Of a DNA stretch of 64,000 nucleotides, positions 25,441 to 39,760 are shown piece after piece (position 1 is the first letter of the stretch; each line of letters starts with the position of its first letter). The notes under the pieces were generated by a model that worked only from the letters and a program-made list of their open reading frames with translations, did not search any database and had not been told where the DNA came from. The DNA is from the human T2T-CHM13v2.0 reference genome, Homo sapiens. Position numbers and translations under genes: made by a program. The stretch is taken from the NCBI RefSeq assembly GCF_009914755.1, contig NC_060936.1; one strand, written 5' to 3'.

Positions 25441-27678
25441 CAGCACTAATTTTCAATACTATTAAGTTGTTTCTTAGGATACAATATCTTTTACAGAGAA
25501 CTATTTGTTTTATATGTTAATATTATGTTCTAGGCAAACATCATTTCATGCATTTTTGGATCCCTCAAATACATGCAAGCAGTATCCATTCAAAGCAACG
25601 TTAAAGATTTTAAACAGGTAGAAATTTCCTAGTGACTGTTTTTCTAAATCAAATTAAATATGGTTCTGTCCACTTCTCAACCCAGATGTCTCTTACCAGA
25701 TGGTAAATAAATAAATAGATAGCTTCTGTCATTGACTCATCTTCTGAGAAGGCCCAGAAGCTCTTTCTCATGTTAATACATGTGACACTAGGTCCCCTAG
25801 TTTGATCAATTCATAATTTAAGTTCAGATGGTTCCTGGATGGTGGGCATCTCCATTGCCTTAATGTTGAGAATTCTTGCCATAACAAGAAGCCTATGTTA
25901 TACACCCCAGACTTCCCATGTGCTCCATCATCTCTGAATCCATTCCCTTCTGAGGTCCTGCTACCACCCCACAGTGACACTGTTCTGCTGAACTCAGCTC
26001 CTACTGTAAGAAATTAACTAACATACCCTTCTCAGCTTCAGAATGTTTTCATTTTCCTCTTCTCAGGTTAGTAGTTTCCACTTCTCCCCTATAAGTCCTT
26101 TCCTCTATACCTTCTCTCTTTTGTAATGAAGTTCTGGATGTCTCGTAAGTTTCCTTCAAATAACCTGTATGAATTTAATGTTGGTCTCTTTTTCCTATTA
26201 TTTGACACGGCAGACTAAAAATGCTGAAATATGTTTTTTTTTTTACTAGCTCCCCTTGTTTTATTACAACATACACAGTTCATCACTAGAAAAAAGTTTG
26301 TAAATAATTGGTTTGATTTGTAAATATTTCAGTTCACAGAAATGTAAATGAAAAGAGGCAGTCTCAGAACTTAGAAATTTCAAGAAGGGAGTAAACCAAG
26401 CCTATTAACCTGAGACTTCATTCTTACTGACAGATGACAGTATAACTTTGACCTCACTTACAGCAGACAATATTAATAGTATGCACTGCACATTACTGAA
26501 CATGAGCAAAGTTAAAAGAAATCTAATAAGTTATCTTACTTCCTTTCTCATTAAATTTCAAATTGGCCAATTTCCATATGAATAACATTTGTGCTAGATG
26601 AAAGGAAGTATTGTTCATTATTTATAATAAGTGTCTGACATCACAGATCAAATAATTAAATCATAAAATTGGCAATGCTGACCTGACATTTAGGAATAAT
26701 AGAGAACATAGAAAACTGATATTTAAAAATAATAGCCCTTTCCTGAAGTACTTACATGAAAAATTCTTACAACAATGAATTATGAAATAGAACTGAGTTA
26801 TTTTCAAAGCTAAAAATTGTGTGCATGAAATGATAGAAATAATATTTAGAGCACTCACACAGCAGCTTGAATTAAGATAGGAAAATAGTAAAACAAAAAA
26901 CACCCTCAAATCCTGTATGCTTACAACATCAATAAACTGAAAATATCACAATTATAAGATGTCATGTTAAGGTAGATAAAAGATCTGGAATTTTATCCTC
27001 TGGAAACCCTTATCTAGAAAAACAAAGAAAGTTAGAAAAAAGCCATTTTAAAACATTTGTTGCTACTGCCACAGATGAGTTACATTCATTTTAAGCATCC
27101 CCTGAAATGGGTAGACAAAATATTAAATTTTATGCTTGACAATTTACAGAGTTCCATGAACCTGATTAAAATATATCCAGATCAATTTCAAACAATGTGC
27201 AGGAAGTTTTGTAAAGTAAGACACTTGGCAAATAAATGTGATGCTGAGTGTCTCCACTGTTAAAAAGAATATAGGACATCATGCCTTAAGAGTAGTCAAA
27301 ATCAGATGTTTCTTAAAAGAACTAATGTGAAATGTTTTAAGAAAGTTATAACGATGTATGCTTTTACATTTATAGTCCCTAGCAGTTATCTTGGCACTCC
27401 CCTCTGTAGTTCCTGCCTAGTCTCACTCATTATAAATACTTGTAATTAGAGGAAACATTTTACCAAATTTTTTATTATTTCCATTCAACTTGCATGTTCT
27501 GCATAGAACATATATTTTCTTGTCCTGCTACATATTAGCTTCCAATACCTGTGTAAATTTATTCTTAAGAAGAACTAATTTTAAGTAAAACATTTATTTT
27601 AGACTGTACCTCTAAATGCCAGTGCATTCACATTATGTTTATTTTATTTAAACTTCATGCTTGACATAATATTTATAA

Positions 27679-28220
27679 TATGGTAGATAGAATTATATGA
27701 TGACACCAAAAAAATCCCACCTCCTGGCATCATTCATAGCATTGTGTAATCCCCTATCTTGAGTAACTTGTTCTAACCAAGGGACAATCACAACACTGAG
27801 AGGAAGTTACCTCCATGATTAGGTACCTATGTGATTTCTGTCTTGCTAGCAGAGTCTCTCTCTTGCTAGCTGTGGGGAAGCAAGATATTATGTGGAAAGG
27901 CCCATGAGTTAAGGAACTCAGGGAAAACTCCACCCGAGTGAGGAACTGGGGGCCTCAGTTCAACAGCCCAGCCCACAGAAACTGAATCCTGTCAATAACC
28001 CCTGAGAGCTGGAAGTAGATCCTCCTGAAGTTGGGCCTTCAAATAAGACCCAGCCCTGGTTGATACTTGGATTGTAGCTTCATGAATGGTCCCGAATTAC
28101 AGGATCTGCTAAGCCACGCCCAGACTCCTGACCAACTGTGAAAATATACATATATATATATATAGTTTTAAGTTGCTAAATTTGTGATAATTTGTCAGGC
28201 AGTAACAGATACCGAATACA
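27679..28220 (+). mobile_element. MLT1E-like MaLR solo LTR
   Basis: tggtagatagaatt ... aactgaatcctgtcaataacc ... ctaagccacgcccagactcctgacc ... ttttaagttgctaaatttgtgataatttgt ... gaataca. Confidence 0.8.
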
Positions 28221-28409
28221 TAAGATAATATAGGAATAAAATAAATTAAGAGCAAAAATTCAAATGTCAGGAATTGTCAATATTAAGAGTTTCTCTGCAG
28301 CCCAAAGTACATTTATATTTTCTGAGATATTCCCTGTATTACTCTGAGTATGTGGACCTAGCATTAAAAATAACAAAATACCAGCATCCACTCTGTTGCT
28401 TATATCATG

Positions 28410-28995
28410 ATTCTTTTATTCTTAGCCCCTAGCATCCATTGAATCACTAAGCCCAGTTGATTCACACATATAAAAATTTATCACATCCAGTCACTTCTCT
28501 ACTTCTTCACAGTTTTCACCCATCACCTGGCATCTGAAACTTATATCCAGCCCTCTCTATTCACTTTACAGGCCCTCCTTCCCCCTCTGATCTCTCTTAT
28601 TAAGATAATTCAGAGTGAATTTTCTGAATCCATGTCTGATCATATTTCTCTTTTTTATGTCTTTTGTAGAATAAAGTCACAAATCTTTAATGGAGTGCAC
28701 CTGCATAAACATGATCTGGCACCTGCTGGCCTCTCCAGGTTTCATATGATGAATTGTCCTCTATACTGCAGATAGACTGACATTTTGTTTTCATATCCTC
28801 ACACGGGCCACACTCTGTTCCTCCACATGCTGCTTCCTCTGTCTGGACTGTTCTTTTCTTCCATACCAGTACCCATACACAATCTTCCTTAATTAGCCTA
28901 TTCATTTAAAAAACTAATCTCAGCTTACAATAACTTCTTCAAGGGAAACATTTTTCCGATCCTTTATTTAGGTTAAATTTCCCTTTCACATATTT
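28410..28995 (+). mobile_element. L2 fragment
   Basis: cagagtgaattttctgaatccatgtctgatcat ... agaataaagtcacaaatcttt ... cacatgctgcttcctctgtctgga. Confidence 0.65.
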
Positions 28996-28999
28996 TAAT

Positions 29000-29160
29000 G
29001 GTTATCATGACTGGGCAGTGAGGGAAGAAGAAAACAATGCTGATGTGTAGCAGGTAAAGACCAAGGATGCTGCCATGCATCCTATACTTCACAGGATAGC
29101 CCCCCAAAAAGAAGCATTCAGCTCAAGATGTCAATACTGCTGATATTGAGAAATTCTACT
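29000..29160 (+). mobile_element. MER20 (hAT) partial
   Basis: ccaaggatgctgccatgcatccta ... cacaggatagcccccc ... atgtcaatactgctgatattgagaaa. Confidence 0.75.
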
Positions 29161-29767
29161 CTACGTGTTAATACTTATAGAATGAATAATTTAACTAATG
29201 AACACAGTAAGTTTTACTAGGAAGAAATGCAAGATGAGAGAACATGAATAAACAAAACTTTGTTTCTATTAGAATATTATTTTCCTTTACAGTTATTTAT
29301 TAGAGATGGATTCATTCATTCACTTATTTATTACATATCCATTGACCCTTAGACATTATGCTTGGTGGTCTTGGGGATTCTTTGGTAAATTCGGACCCTG
29401 TATTCAAGGATCTTTCATACCAGTGGAAGAGAGAAGATAATAAACTAATGAACAAATAATTACGTTGTGATAAATGTTAACAAAGAATTAAACAGAGGGA
29501 TATCACAGAAACTAGCATTGGGGACGAAAGTTGGCAGCACATTAGCAAGGATATAGAAGGTGCCAGACATGCAAAGAACTGGAGAAAGAATATTCCAGGT
29601 GTAGAAATAGTGGATGAAAATTCCACTAGACAGGAAAGACCTTCATGTAATCAGAAAACTGAAAGGATTCCAGTAGGATTGGATCATACACATTTGAAAT
29701 TAATTCAAACTGTGATGGAAATTTATGGTTAAGATATCCATGAGTAATTCAATGAGCTGTAATAGAC

Positions 29768-29976
29768 CAAGGTCTGTTGACTATAGCTCATGGAGCAAAT
29801 ATGGTCCACTGCTTGTTTTTATAAATAAAGTTTTATTCACACACAAAAATTCCCATTTATTTACATTTTATATCTTGCTGTTTTCATGCTTAAAAGAAGA
29901 GTTGCAATGAGGAGCATATAGTCTGCAAAGCCTAGAATACACACTGCTGGGCCCTTTACCAAGTTTGCTGACTCTA
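29768..29976. mobile_element. MER58A (hAT MITE)
   Basis: ccactgcttgtttttataaataaagttttatt ... tgcaaagcctagaata ... ggccctttaccaagtttgctgactct. Confidence 0.8.
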
Positions 29977-30221
29977 TTGTAGATATTTTATTCAATGATG
30001 CATCCTAAACACCAAAAAGATGTCTGGCACTTTATAAGTGCTTAATAAATATGGATTGGAGGAATTAATGTCAAATAGGCAGTTAGGCTTATACATTTGG
30101 AGATCAGAGGATAGGTCTTAAATTGAGATATACATTTTGAGAGTACTAACTTAGTCATCATTTGAAGTCATAGGATTATATAAAATTGCATTAAGACACC
30201 ATTGTAATTAAAGGAAAGAGA

Positions 30222-30495
30222 GAAATTGGAATAGTAAAAGAAGTAAAGGGAAGGAGATCCAGAATGGAATCTCAGAAGTGTGTTAAAATGTAGACAGCTG
30301 GTAACAAAACACAGAATTAAGGAGCCTGTAAGGTAAGAGAAAGAACAAACATTATACTGAAATTGGAATATTAAAAGAAGTAAAGGGAAGGAGATCCAGA
30401 ATGGAATCTCAGAAGTGTGTTAAAATGTAGACAGCTGGTAACAAAACACAGAATTAAGGAGCCTGTAAGGTAAGAGAAAGAACAAACATTATACT
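30222..30495. repeat. 137-bp tandem duplication (2 copies, 1 mismatch)
   Basis: 30222-30358 equals 30359-30495 except g30234 vs t30371. Confidence 0.97.
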
Positions 30496-30725
30496 GAAAT
30501 GGGAATGAACAAAGAAAGGAGGATAACTTGTGGTGATTTGGAAAGTGGAGTTCTAAGTAAGGTGATAATGATGAGAACCAGATTAGTGTTCTGAAAAAAG
30601 GAGTAAGTAATTAATAAGAGTATAGACGATGCCTCTATTTTTCACTATGACACCGGCAGAAGAATGTAATAGTATTTGAGAGGATGATGTGAGGACAAAG
30701 AAAGGTTTTGTTTTAGGTGATTAGT

Positions 30726-30775
30726 CTTTCAGCTAGGAGACACTTTAAGCTGAGAGATACTTTAAGCTGGGAGAT
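30726..30775. repeat. 17-bp minisatellite, about 3 copies
   Basis: ctttcagctaggagaca / ctttaagctgagagata / ctttaagctgggagat. Confidence 0.8.
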
Positions 30776-31017
30776 TTTAGTAACAGGAATTCTAGAGAAG
30801 AAAAAAATGTAGCTCAGTGAAGAACTAACTGAAGAACTTGAAGAGTTGAGAAAGTGAATCAAAGAACAAATGAAGGACATGTTTTACGGAAGGGACATCA
30901 ATTGCATTATAAGAGACGTTATGATGGAGAAGATAGAAGCAGAAAAACGATTTTAAGATTTGGTAATGGGAATATCATATCTCCAGTTACAAGTAACAGA
31001 AAACACAATTCAGTGGT

Positions 31018-31492
31018 TGTGGGAGTTAGTTTTATGTGTCAACTTGACTGAAACAGGGGATTTCCAAATATCCGGTTAAATGTTATTTCTGGGCATATCT
31101 GAAAGGGTGGTTCTGGATGAGATTGGGATTGAATGAGAATAGCATTTGAATCCAGTGGCGTCTGTAAAGTAGATTGCCTTCCTGGGGTGGGCGTCATATA
31201 AACCACGGAGGCAGAAGAAGGAACTCACACATTTTCTTCCTGTCTGCCTGAGCTAGAACATGGGTCTTCTACTACCCTAAGAAGAGGTTTTACACAATTG
31301 TTCTCCCCTGGTTCTCAGGCCTTTGGTCTCAGAAAGGAATTATACCATCTGCATTCCTGGGTCTCCAAATTGTAGATGGCAGACCATGGGACTTCTGAGT
31401 TTCCATAATTCTGTGAGCCAATTATCATTACACACACACACAGAGAACATGTCCTGTTGGTTCTGTTTCTTTAAAGAACCGCAGCTAACACA
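31018..31492 (+). mobile_element. MLT2B-like ERVL solo LTR, probably nested in an older MLT1-type LTR
   Basis: tgtgggagttagttttatgtgtcaacttgactg ... cctggttctcaggcctttgg ... gttggttctgtttctttaaagaacc ... aacaca. Confidence 0.88.
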
Positions 31493-31967
31493 ATATGTTT
31501 AAGTAAAAGACTAGGATTTGTTATCTTACATAAGTTAAAAGTCCAGGAGAAGAACTAGTTTCAGGAGTCTTTGAATTGCTTACTCAAATGTTGTAATTAT
31601 ACCTGGTTGCTTTCTATTGACTCTGCCTCCAGTCTGTGCATTAATTCTCTGTGCATTGCATTAACGGGAGCAGCTTCAAATCACATCTTTGTACCAACAT
31701 ATAGGAAAGAAAGTGCAAGCTTCTCTTTCCCAGTACTATCAGAAAGACCTCCTTTCATTTCTTCACTAGAATGTCTTTATTTAAGTGTAGAGTATAAACT
31801 AGTTGATTTAAGTCAATTATGTTTTTCCCCTAGAATTAAATATGGGTCAACCTCATCCACTTACGTTGCTAAGTGTTGAGATGGTAATTAGGAAAGCCAG
31901 TGAAACTCTGGAGCACGGTAAGGAAAAGAATGGTGAATAATTGCTGATGAGTAAAAACAATATAAAG

Positions 31968-32271
<304 letters not shown>

Positions 32272-32346
32272 TTAAAAAATAAAAAAATAAAAATAAAGTT
32301 AACTTTAAAAGAGTGATGCGAATTTTGTTACACAATAAAAACATTA

Positions 32347-32658
<312 letters not shown>

Positions 32659-32935
32659 TCATTCTTTTGTGTACATTCTGAAATTATGCAAATTCATCAG
32701 TTTAAAAATATAGAATTTTAATAATTTCAAATCTCAAAGAAGAAGTGAACTGTAAACTATATGTACTATATTTTCACACTGTTTAATCGCTTTAACTGAG
32801 AGTAGAAATTACAGTCTCTTCCTTGCTGTTGTTTGTATGTATCAGTACTTCTGTAAAAGATTTGTTTATTCTTGTGCCATTACTTCTATATCATTATGTA
32901 ACTTAAAATGTTGTCTTATTACAATGTCATATGAA

Positions 32936-33220
32936 GACCGGGCGTGGAGGCTCATGCCTGTAATCCCAGCACTTTGGGAGGCCAAGCTGGGCGGATCACC
33001 TGAGGTCAGGAGTTTGAGACCAGCCTGGCCAACATGGTGAAACCCCATCTCTACTAAAAATGCAAAAATTAGCCAGGCATGGTGGCATGTGCCTGTAATC
33101 CTAGCTACTCGGGAGGCAGGAGAATCACCTGAACTTGGGAGGTGAAAGTTGAAGTGAGCCGAGATAATGCCACTTCACTCCAGCCTGGGTAACAGAGTGA
33201 GAATCCATCTCAAAAAAAAA
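32936..33220 (+). mobile_element. AluSx-like
   Basis: Full dimer; TSD-like aatgtcatatg / aaagtcgtatg. Confidence 0.95.
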
Positions 33221-33790
33221 AGTCGTATGCATACTCGTTAATTTTTGAGACTGGTGCTAAAAATGTAATTAATGTGCAATATCATTAGAGAGGAAGTTAA
33301 AGGTGATCAAAGCTACTGAAGATTGACAAATGGCATCATTATACACCATGCAGTTAGTTAATCTAGAGAAAAGCACATTGCAGAATATAAGAAATAATGC
33401 TGTAGAAATAAAAATCAACATCAAAGGGGAAAAATCTTAATGTTTTCAAATATATTTGCTCCTAGAATGAACATATATGCACACACACACATATGCATAC
33501 TCATTCTTTGCATTCAAACAGAAAATTGAGTCTTGAAGTATGCAGGCTTTGAGTTATAAAATGTCTTCAGCAATGCATCCATTAGATAAAATGTGACCAC
33601 ATTTTGTGTCCACTACAGAATATAAAAGTGTTCCCCTTTTTAAAAATTCAGTTTTCTAAATGAAAATGAAATGTGGTCATGAAGTAAGAATAAAAACATG
33701 ACAGAATTATATGGTGGTTGCAACAGAAGTCATTTAATACTATAGTAAATACAAGTCATAGCTTACAAACTGACTTTTGTAAAAATTTGC

Positions 33791-34106
<316 letters not shown>

Positions 34107-34773
34107 CTATTATGCAATTTAATTTCTGACTGAAAATCCCCATCCCTGGGCTAATGAGAACTTAAACTTGGACTTCTCAGGCATTTATTTTCTTTTGTTA
34201 GAGAAATAGTTTCAAATACAGGAAGAAAAGTAATTTTATCCAGTCCCAAATACACTATGAAAATATAGTTTTAAATAATTATTGAATACTCACCTGAAGT
34301 TTGTGGTAATCGTTTAAAACTGTAAAAGTCAGTTAAAGTGTGTGGTTTCTCTAACAACTTTCAGGTGCTTGGGAGCAGGTGCAAATGTGATGAATATTTG
34401 GGTGAATTCAGGAGAGTTTTATCAAATGGGTACAGTAGAAACAGAATATGTCAAAGAAGTTAAGGATATTGTCAAGGATGCGGTTATTATATGACCTTTA
34501 TCAGATGCAATTATGGATTGCTAGCTATGTTATGATATTGCCATCATTTACATGGTAAGCAGTTAAATATTTTACTGGTATAATATAGTGGAAGAAAAAT
34601 GAGCTCCAGTCTCCAACAGAACAGAATATTTATACTTTTAAAAAATAGGATTAAGGTCTTCAGAGTCAATGTAGGAATCTAACAGCATATAAATACATAG
34701 CTTAAATAAGATTGGCTCATACCAGATTTTGAATCTTGTTTTCTGTTTTAGGATTTAGTATCTTTCTGTTTTT

Positions 34774-34895
34774 AATATATATATATATATATACATGTGT
34801 ATATTCATACGTATATATGTGTATATATGCATCCATATACAAATCCATATAAACATACACATGTAGATATAAATATGTGTATGTATAATACATAT
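34774..34895. repeat. (TA)n and TA/TG/CA-rich low-complexity tract
   Basis: atatatatatatatatatacatgtgtatattcatacgtatatatgtgtatatatgc. Confidence 0.85.
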
Positions 34896-34936
34896 TATCT
34901 GTGTAAAGTAAAATATGGACGGCAATTATGGATATG

Positions 34937-35318
34937 CAGTCATGCATCACTTAACAAAAGGGATAAGTTATGCAAATCCTTAAGTGATTTCTTCATTTGT
35001 ATGACCATCACAGAGTGTACTTACATAAACCTATATGGTATAGTCTACTGCATACCTATGCTATATGGTATTGCCTATTGTTGCTAAGCTACAAACCCAT
35101 AAAGCATATTACTGCTCTGAACACTGTGGGCAACTGTAACACAATTCTAAGTATTTGTGCATCTAAACACAGAAAAGATAATGTATGGTGCTATGAAGTT
35201 AGAATAGCTATGATGTCACTAGGTGATAGTAACTTTTAGCTCTATTATAATATTATGATACCCCTTTTGTATGTGCCGTCTATCATTGACTGAAACATTC
35301 TCATACAATACATGACTG
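34937..35318 (+). mobile_element. Tigger3-family non-autonomous element (MER7/Tigger3a-like)
   Basis: TIRs cagtcatgcatcacttaac and tacatgactg followed by TA; internal cagagtgtacttacataaaccta. Confidence 0.88.
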
Positions 35319-35589
35319 TAATTATGGAATAACAAAAAGAGGAATTTTGACAGTGTTTAAGATGAAAAAGAAGTCAATATAAGAAAACAAATGATCCTTG
35401 GGAATTTATCTCAACATCATAACTACATGATTCCTCCTTAAATCTCCTGGTAACAACTCGGTACAATCTAGATTATAGTTCCATCTTTTCTGTGTCACTA
35501 GTGTAGGCATGTGAACACAAACACACACACACACACACGTATATATACATACACCTTAAGCAATAGGTAGCTTTTAAAAAATCATGTTG

Positions 35590-35906
<317 letters not shown>

Positions 35907-36591
35907 TTATTGGAGTTATTTGTTTCTGATTCCAAATAAATTGTTTATAAATTTGGCTAAAGGGACAAAAACAGATAAACAGCTTTTACTCCTGCTACTT
36001 CATTTAACACTAAGGAAATATTGAATGATCCAGGGACTCTTGAAATACATTGATGGATGTGGTAAATATTGAATATCCAAATTCTAAAGTCAATATTTAC
36101 TTCAAGCAACAATGTATCACAATACTTCTTCAAACAAGAAGCCAATATAACATATATCTATTACCTCATACATCAGTGTGTATATGTCATAAGTTATATA
36201 GTCATTAAAATTTTTGGAAAATCATTCTAGCAGTTTCCACATGGAAATTTCTCTATTGTGAGTACACTATAGACTACTTTATTTTGTTTTATGTTTAAAA
36301 AGGTTATCACGAGTTCTGATTTTTAGCTGCTTAAAGTCTACTTGTATTATCTATTAGTGATTAATACATCAAAATGATTAAGTGATTTTCAGTTTCCTCT
36401 TTAGACATGTTATGAACTTTACATGAATCTACTCCCTTACCATTTCATAGAAGTGAAGTTTCTACAATAATGCCTAAGAGATTTAGGCATGAAAAATACT
36501 TTCTATATAGAGTGACTATTATGCAAGTCCACAGATGCAAATGAAACATGATGAATACATTAGAAGAAAATCAGAAATCCTATGGTAAATA

Positions 36592-37060
36592 TGTGTTTGT
36601 TTCCTATAGCATTTATAACAAATTTCTAGGAAGTTTTAACAAAAATTTATTAACAAAATAAAATAAAATAACAAAAATTTATTCTCTCATGGATCTGGAA
36701 GCTAGAAGTCTGAAATTAAGGTTGGTTTCTTCTGGAGGTGCCCAGGAAGAATCTATTCCATATATTCTTAGCTTTTAGTAGTTGCACGCAATCCTTGGGA
36801 CTCCTTGCCTTGTAGATGCAAGACTCTAGTCTCTGTCTTTGCTGTTACATTGCATGCTTGCTGTGTGTGTCTGTCTCTGTGGTTCTCCCACTTTTATAAA
36901 GACACTAGAAATATTAAATACAGGGTCCTCCTTAATCTATGTGACCTCTTAAGTTAACTATAGGACCTCATTGCAAAGACTTCATTTCCAAATAATGCCA
37001 CATTCACAAGTGTCAGGTAAATATGAATTTTGAGGGAGCACTATTTAAAGCAGAATACTC
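36592..37060 (-). mobile_element. MLT1B/C-like MaLR solo LTR
   Basis: aatttattctctca ... ctggaagctagaagtctgaaattaagg ... gcaatccttgg ... tttccaaataatgccacattcacaag. Confidence 0.8.
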
Positions 37061-37159
37061 TATAATTAGGCTCATGAGGTGGATGGTCCCCATGTACTCA
37101 TTACAAAACTAGGTGTATTTATCTGTCCATATTAAATACATAGAGTTTGTCTAAGCACT

Positions 37160-39760
37160 TCTGTTTCTGCAAATATGATAGACATGATGACTGGAGAAAT
37201 CCATTCAAAATTGAAAAACTAAAAATGCTGCATATATTATGTATTAATTCTCTTTAAATTTATAACTGAACTAGCAATAAAGAGAAGAAAACCCCTAGAG
37301 AAAAAAATTATAAGAAAACATGACTCTGGAGGGGCCATCCAAAACTAAAGCCAACAGCTTTCCCCACAACATCTGCAATTCCTTGTGTACAGGTCTCCAT
37401 TTTAAAAGTACACATAAGTGTGTGATGGAGAGCAAAGCCTACAGCCTGTGCAAAAAGAGAATTTGGATGGATGCCTTCATATAGTATCTTGATCCAAAAG
37501 GAGATGTTATGAAGATTGACTGTCGCAGCCTTTGTTCTGGATAGGTACAGGGGAAAAATATTTTCCCCTAAGAATTTCTAATTACAAATCAGTATTGAAT
37601 TTAAAGTAGTTCCAGATTGGTAGTGTCCCAGATGCCTGGCAGAAGGAAATATAACTTCCCCCTGAAAGAAATCACCTTCAGCCCAGAGCTCAATGTCTTA
37701 CCATAGGTAAATTCCTATGGAAATTGAGCTCAAAGTAAAAGTCATAAAATAAACAATGAAACAAGCCAGCAGGAGCAGTAGAAATAATAACAAACAGAAA
37801 CCCATCCATAAAGACTGCAGTTTTCAGTATTATATAAGATAGAATATGAAATAAGAATTTAATATATTTAAAATTAAAAGAAAGGATTAAAATATAACAA
37901 AGAAACAAAAGACTTGAAAATAAAAGATCCTGTGGAGTTTTTAAAAAGAACCAAAAAGATCTTCAAGATATGGAAAAAAAAAAGTGACAGTTAAAACTAA
38001 GTAACTTAATTTTTTATGGACTAAATATTGAACACATCTGAAGTAAGAATTTGTGAACTAGAAAATGTATTGGAAGATTTTTCCCATAATGCCAAAATAT
38101 TAAGACATGAGAAAGATAGAATGAAGAGTTTCAGAGAGAAAATAAAGTAGGGATGAGAGACGCAATTCAAAGATATACTGGATGAGATTTCCAGGACTGA
38201 CCAAAAATACAAATAATCAGATTTAGGGAAGGAATAAAGGCCTTATTATGATGAATAGGAAGAAATTTGAACCTAAGACATAACATCATGAATCTTCAGG
38301 TGAATGAAGGTAAAGAGAATATCTCAAAAGAAGCCACATTAAAAAAATCCAAATTAATGCTTACAAAAATTAATTTAAATAAAAATTAATCAGATAGTTG
38401 ATATTTTCAACTGCCACAATGAAAATCAGTATATACCCAAATAATTGTAAAGAAATGACAAGGTAAAATCATGTATCAGTTATTTAATAATAAGAGTCCA
38501 TTAAAAACATTTTTAGCCAAACTAAAAACTAAGATTATATAACCTAAAGGAGTTCTTTCGTTTATACAGCAAAAATTAGTGAAATAGATCCAAAAGAATA
38601 GTCTAAGATGCAAAAATAATGGTGACTAAATAAAATCGGAAATGTAGATAAATCTAAACAAATTTACTTTCTGGGATTATACAAGATACAGTTAAGATAC
38701 TGAACAACCTTATAAATCAGGGAGGTTCTCGTTAAAATTAATATCTTTAAAGATCCTTATATTGTTGACGCAGAAGATGGAAAATAGCCAATAAAAAGGA
38801 GTAAAGGAGGTTGGGGAGATGGATAAAAAAGGTAGAACAAGAAAACCCATAATAAAATAGTAGAAATCAATCCAAATTGTATTAGCAACCTCATACAAAT
38901 AAAACCCTACCCCGGTTATGTTATTTTACAAAGACATGTCAAAATATGAGCATAAATAAAGATTGAAAGCAAAATGTGGAAAAATATATGGCTACATACA
39001 AATCAAAGAAAAGTTAAGAGTATCCATAGCATAATGAAACGGCACTATTCGTCTAGGGTAATACCTGAGGTTCATTGTCTCACGCCAAGGAAATCCAGGA
39101 CTCAGACACACAAGAAATGAGGTTAAGAGTGGAGGTTTAATAAGCGACAGAAAGAGAAAGTTTTCTCCTGAAGAGAGAGGGGTCCCAGAGAAAACGAGTA
39201 GCCAGTTCCAGTGAAATGCATATGGTTTCATAGATGAGCTTGAGGAGGTGCTGTCTGACTTACATAGGAAACGAAAGATTGGTTGGAACAGGTGTGCTAT
39301 TTACATAGCTTAGGAAGAAGCTGGCCGCCCCACCCTAATCTTTTATTATACAGATGAGTTATGTACCTGGCCGGCGCCATGTTGTCTGCCTCTTTAATGT
39401 ACAAGTGGCGACAAAGAAGAGGGAAGATGGAGCCTCCACGCTGAACATACCTTGTTTCCAGGAAGCCCTTTTCTATTGGCATAGCTACTGGCATTCACCC
39501 ATGCAAGCTTCCACCTTGCTTATCTATGTTTGCAGCTCAATTTTTCAGGCTGCTCTTTGTTAGGAAACAAATGAATTGGGGGCTGCTTTTTGTTAAAAGG
39601 GAAACCTTGCCGAGGACTCTGTTGCCCTTACTATCTGCCTAAATAATTTCCTTTTAGCTCCTGTATTAATATTAGACCAAAAGATTTTTGGCAATAGATG
39701 TTACTGGAGAAAAAAAGCTACACATAATCTAAATATAAGGCACATAATTTAAAAATCAGT
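37160..39760 (+). mobile_element. Old L1M 5'/ORF1/ORF2-start remnant, interrupted by an ERV1 LTR
   Basis: A-rich L1 ORF1-like text; ORF2 start aaatcaaagaaaagttaagagtatccatagcata|atattagaccaaaagatt spans the LTR. Confidence 0.65.
39035..39668 (-). mobile_element. ERV1-class solo LTR (LTR9/MER61-like)
   Basis: Ends tgaaacggcactattcgtctagggtaatacctgagg and ctatctgcctaaataatttccttttagctcctgtatta; sharp rise in GC; 4-bp flanks ataa/atat. Confidence 0.85.

Larger units (their letters stand above)
29310..30960 (-). mobile_element. Degenerate L2 fragments, interrupted by MER58A and containing the 137-bp duplication
   Basis: attcattcattcac terminus, ggagaaagaatattccagg, gtcaaataggcagttagg ... ggagatcagagg. 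Confidence 0.55.

Noticed and set aside
30222-30495. Direct repeats as a CRISPR-like array, also the minisatellites at 30726 and 56695
   Set aside because: Head-to-tail copies without unique spacers, in eukaryotic context with no cas genes
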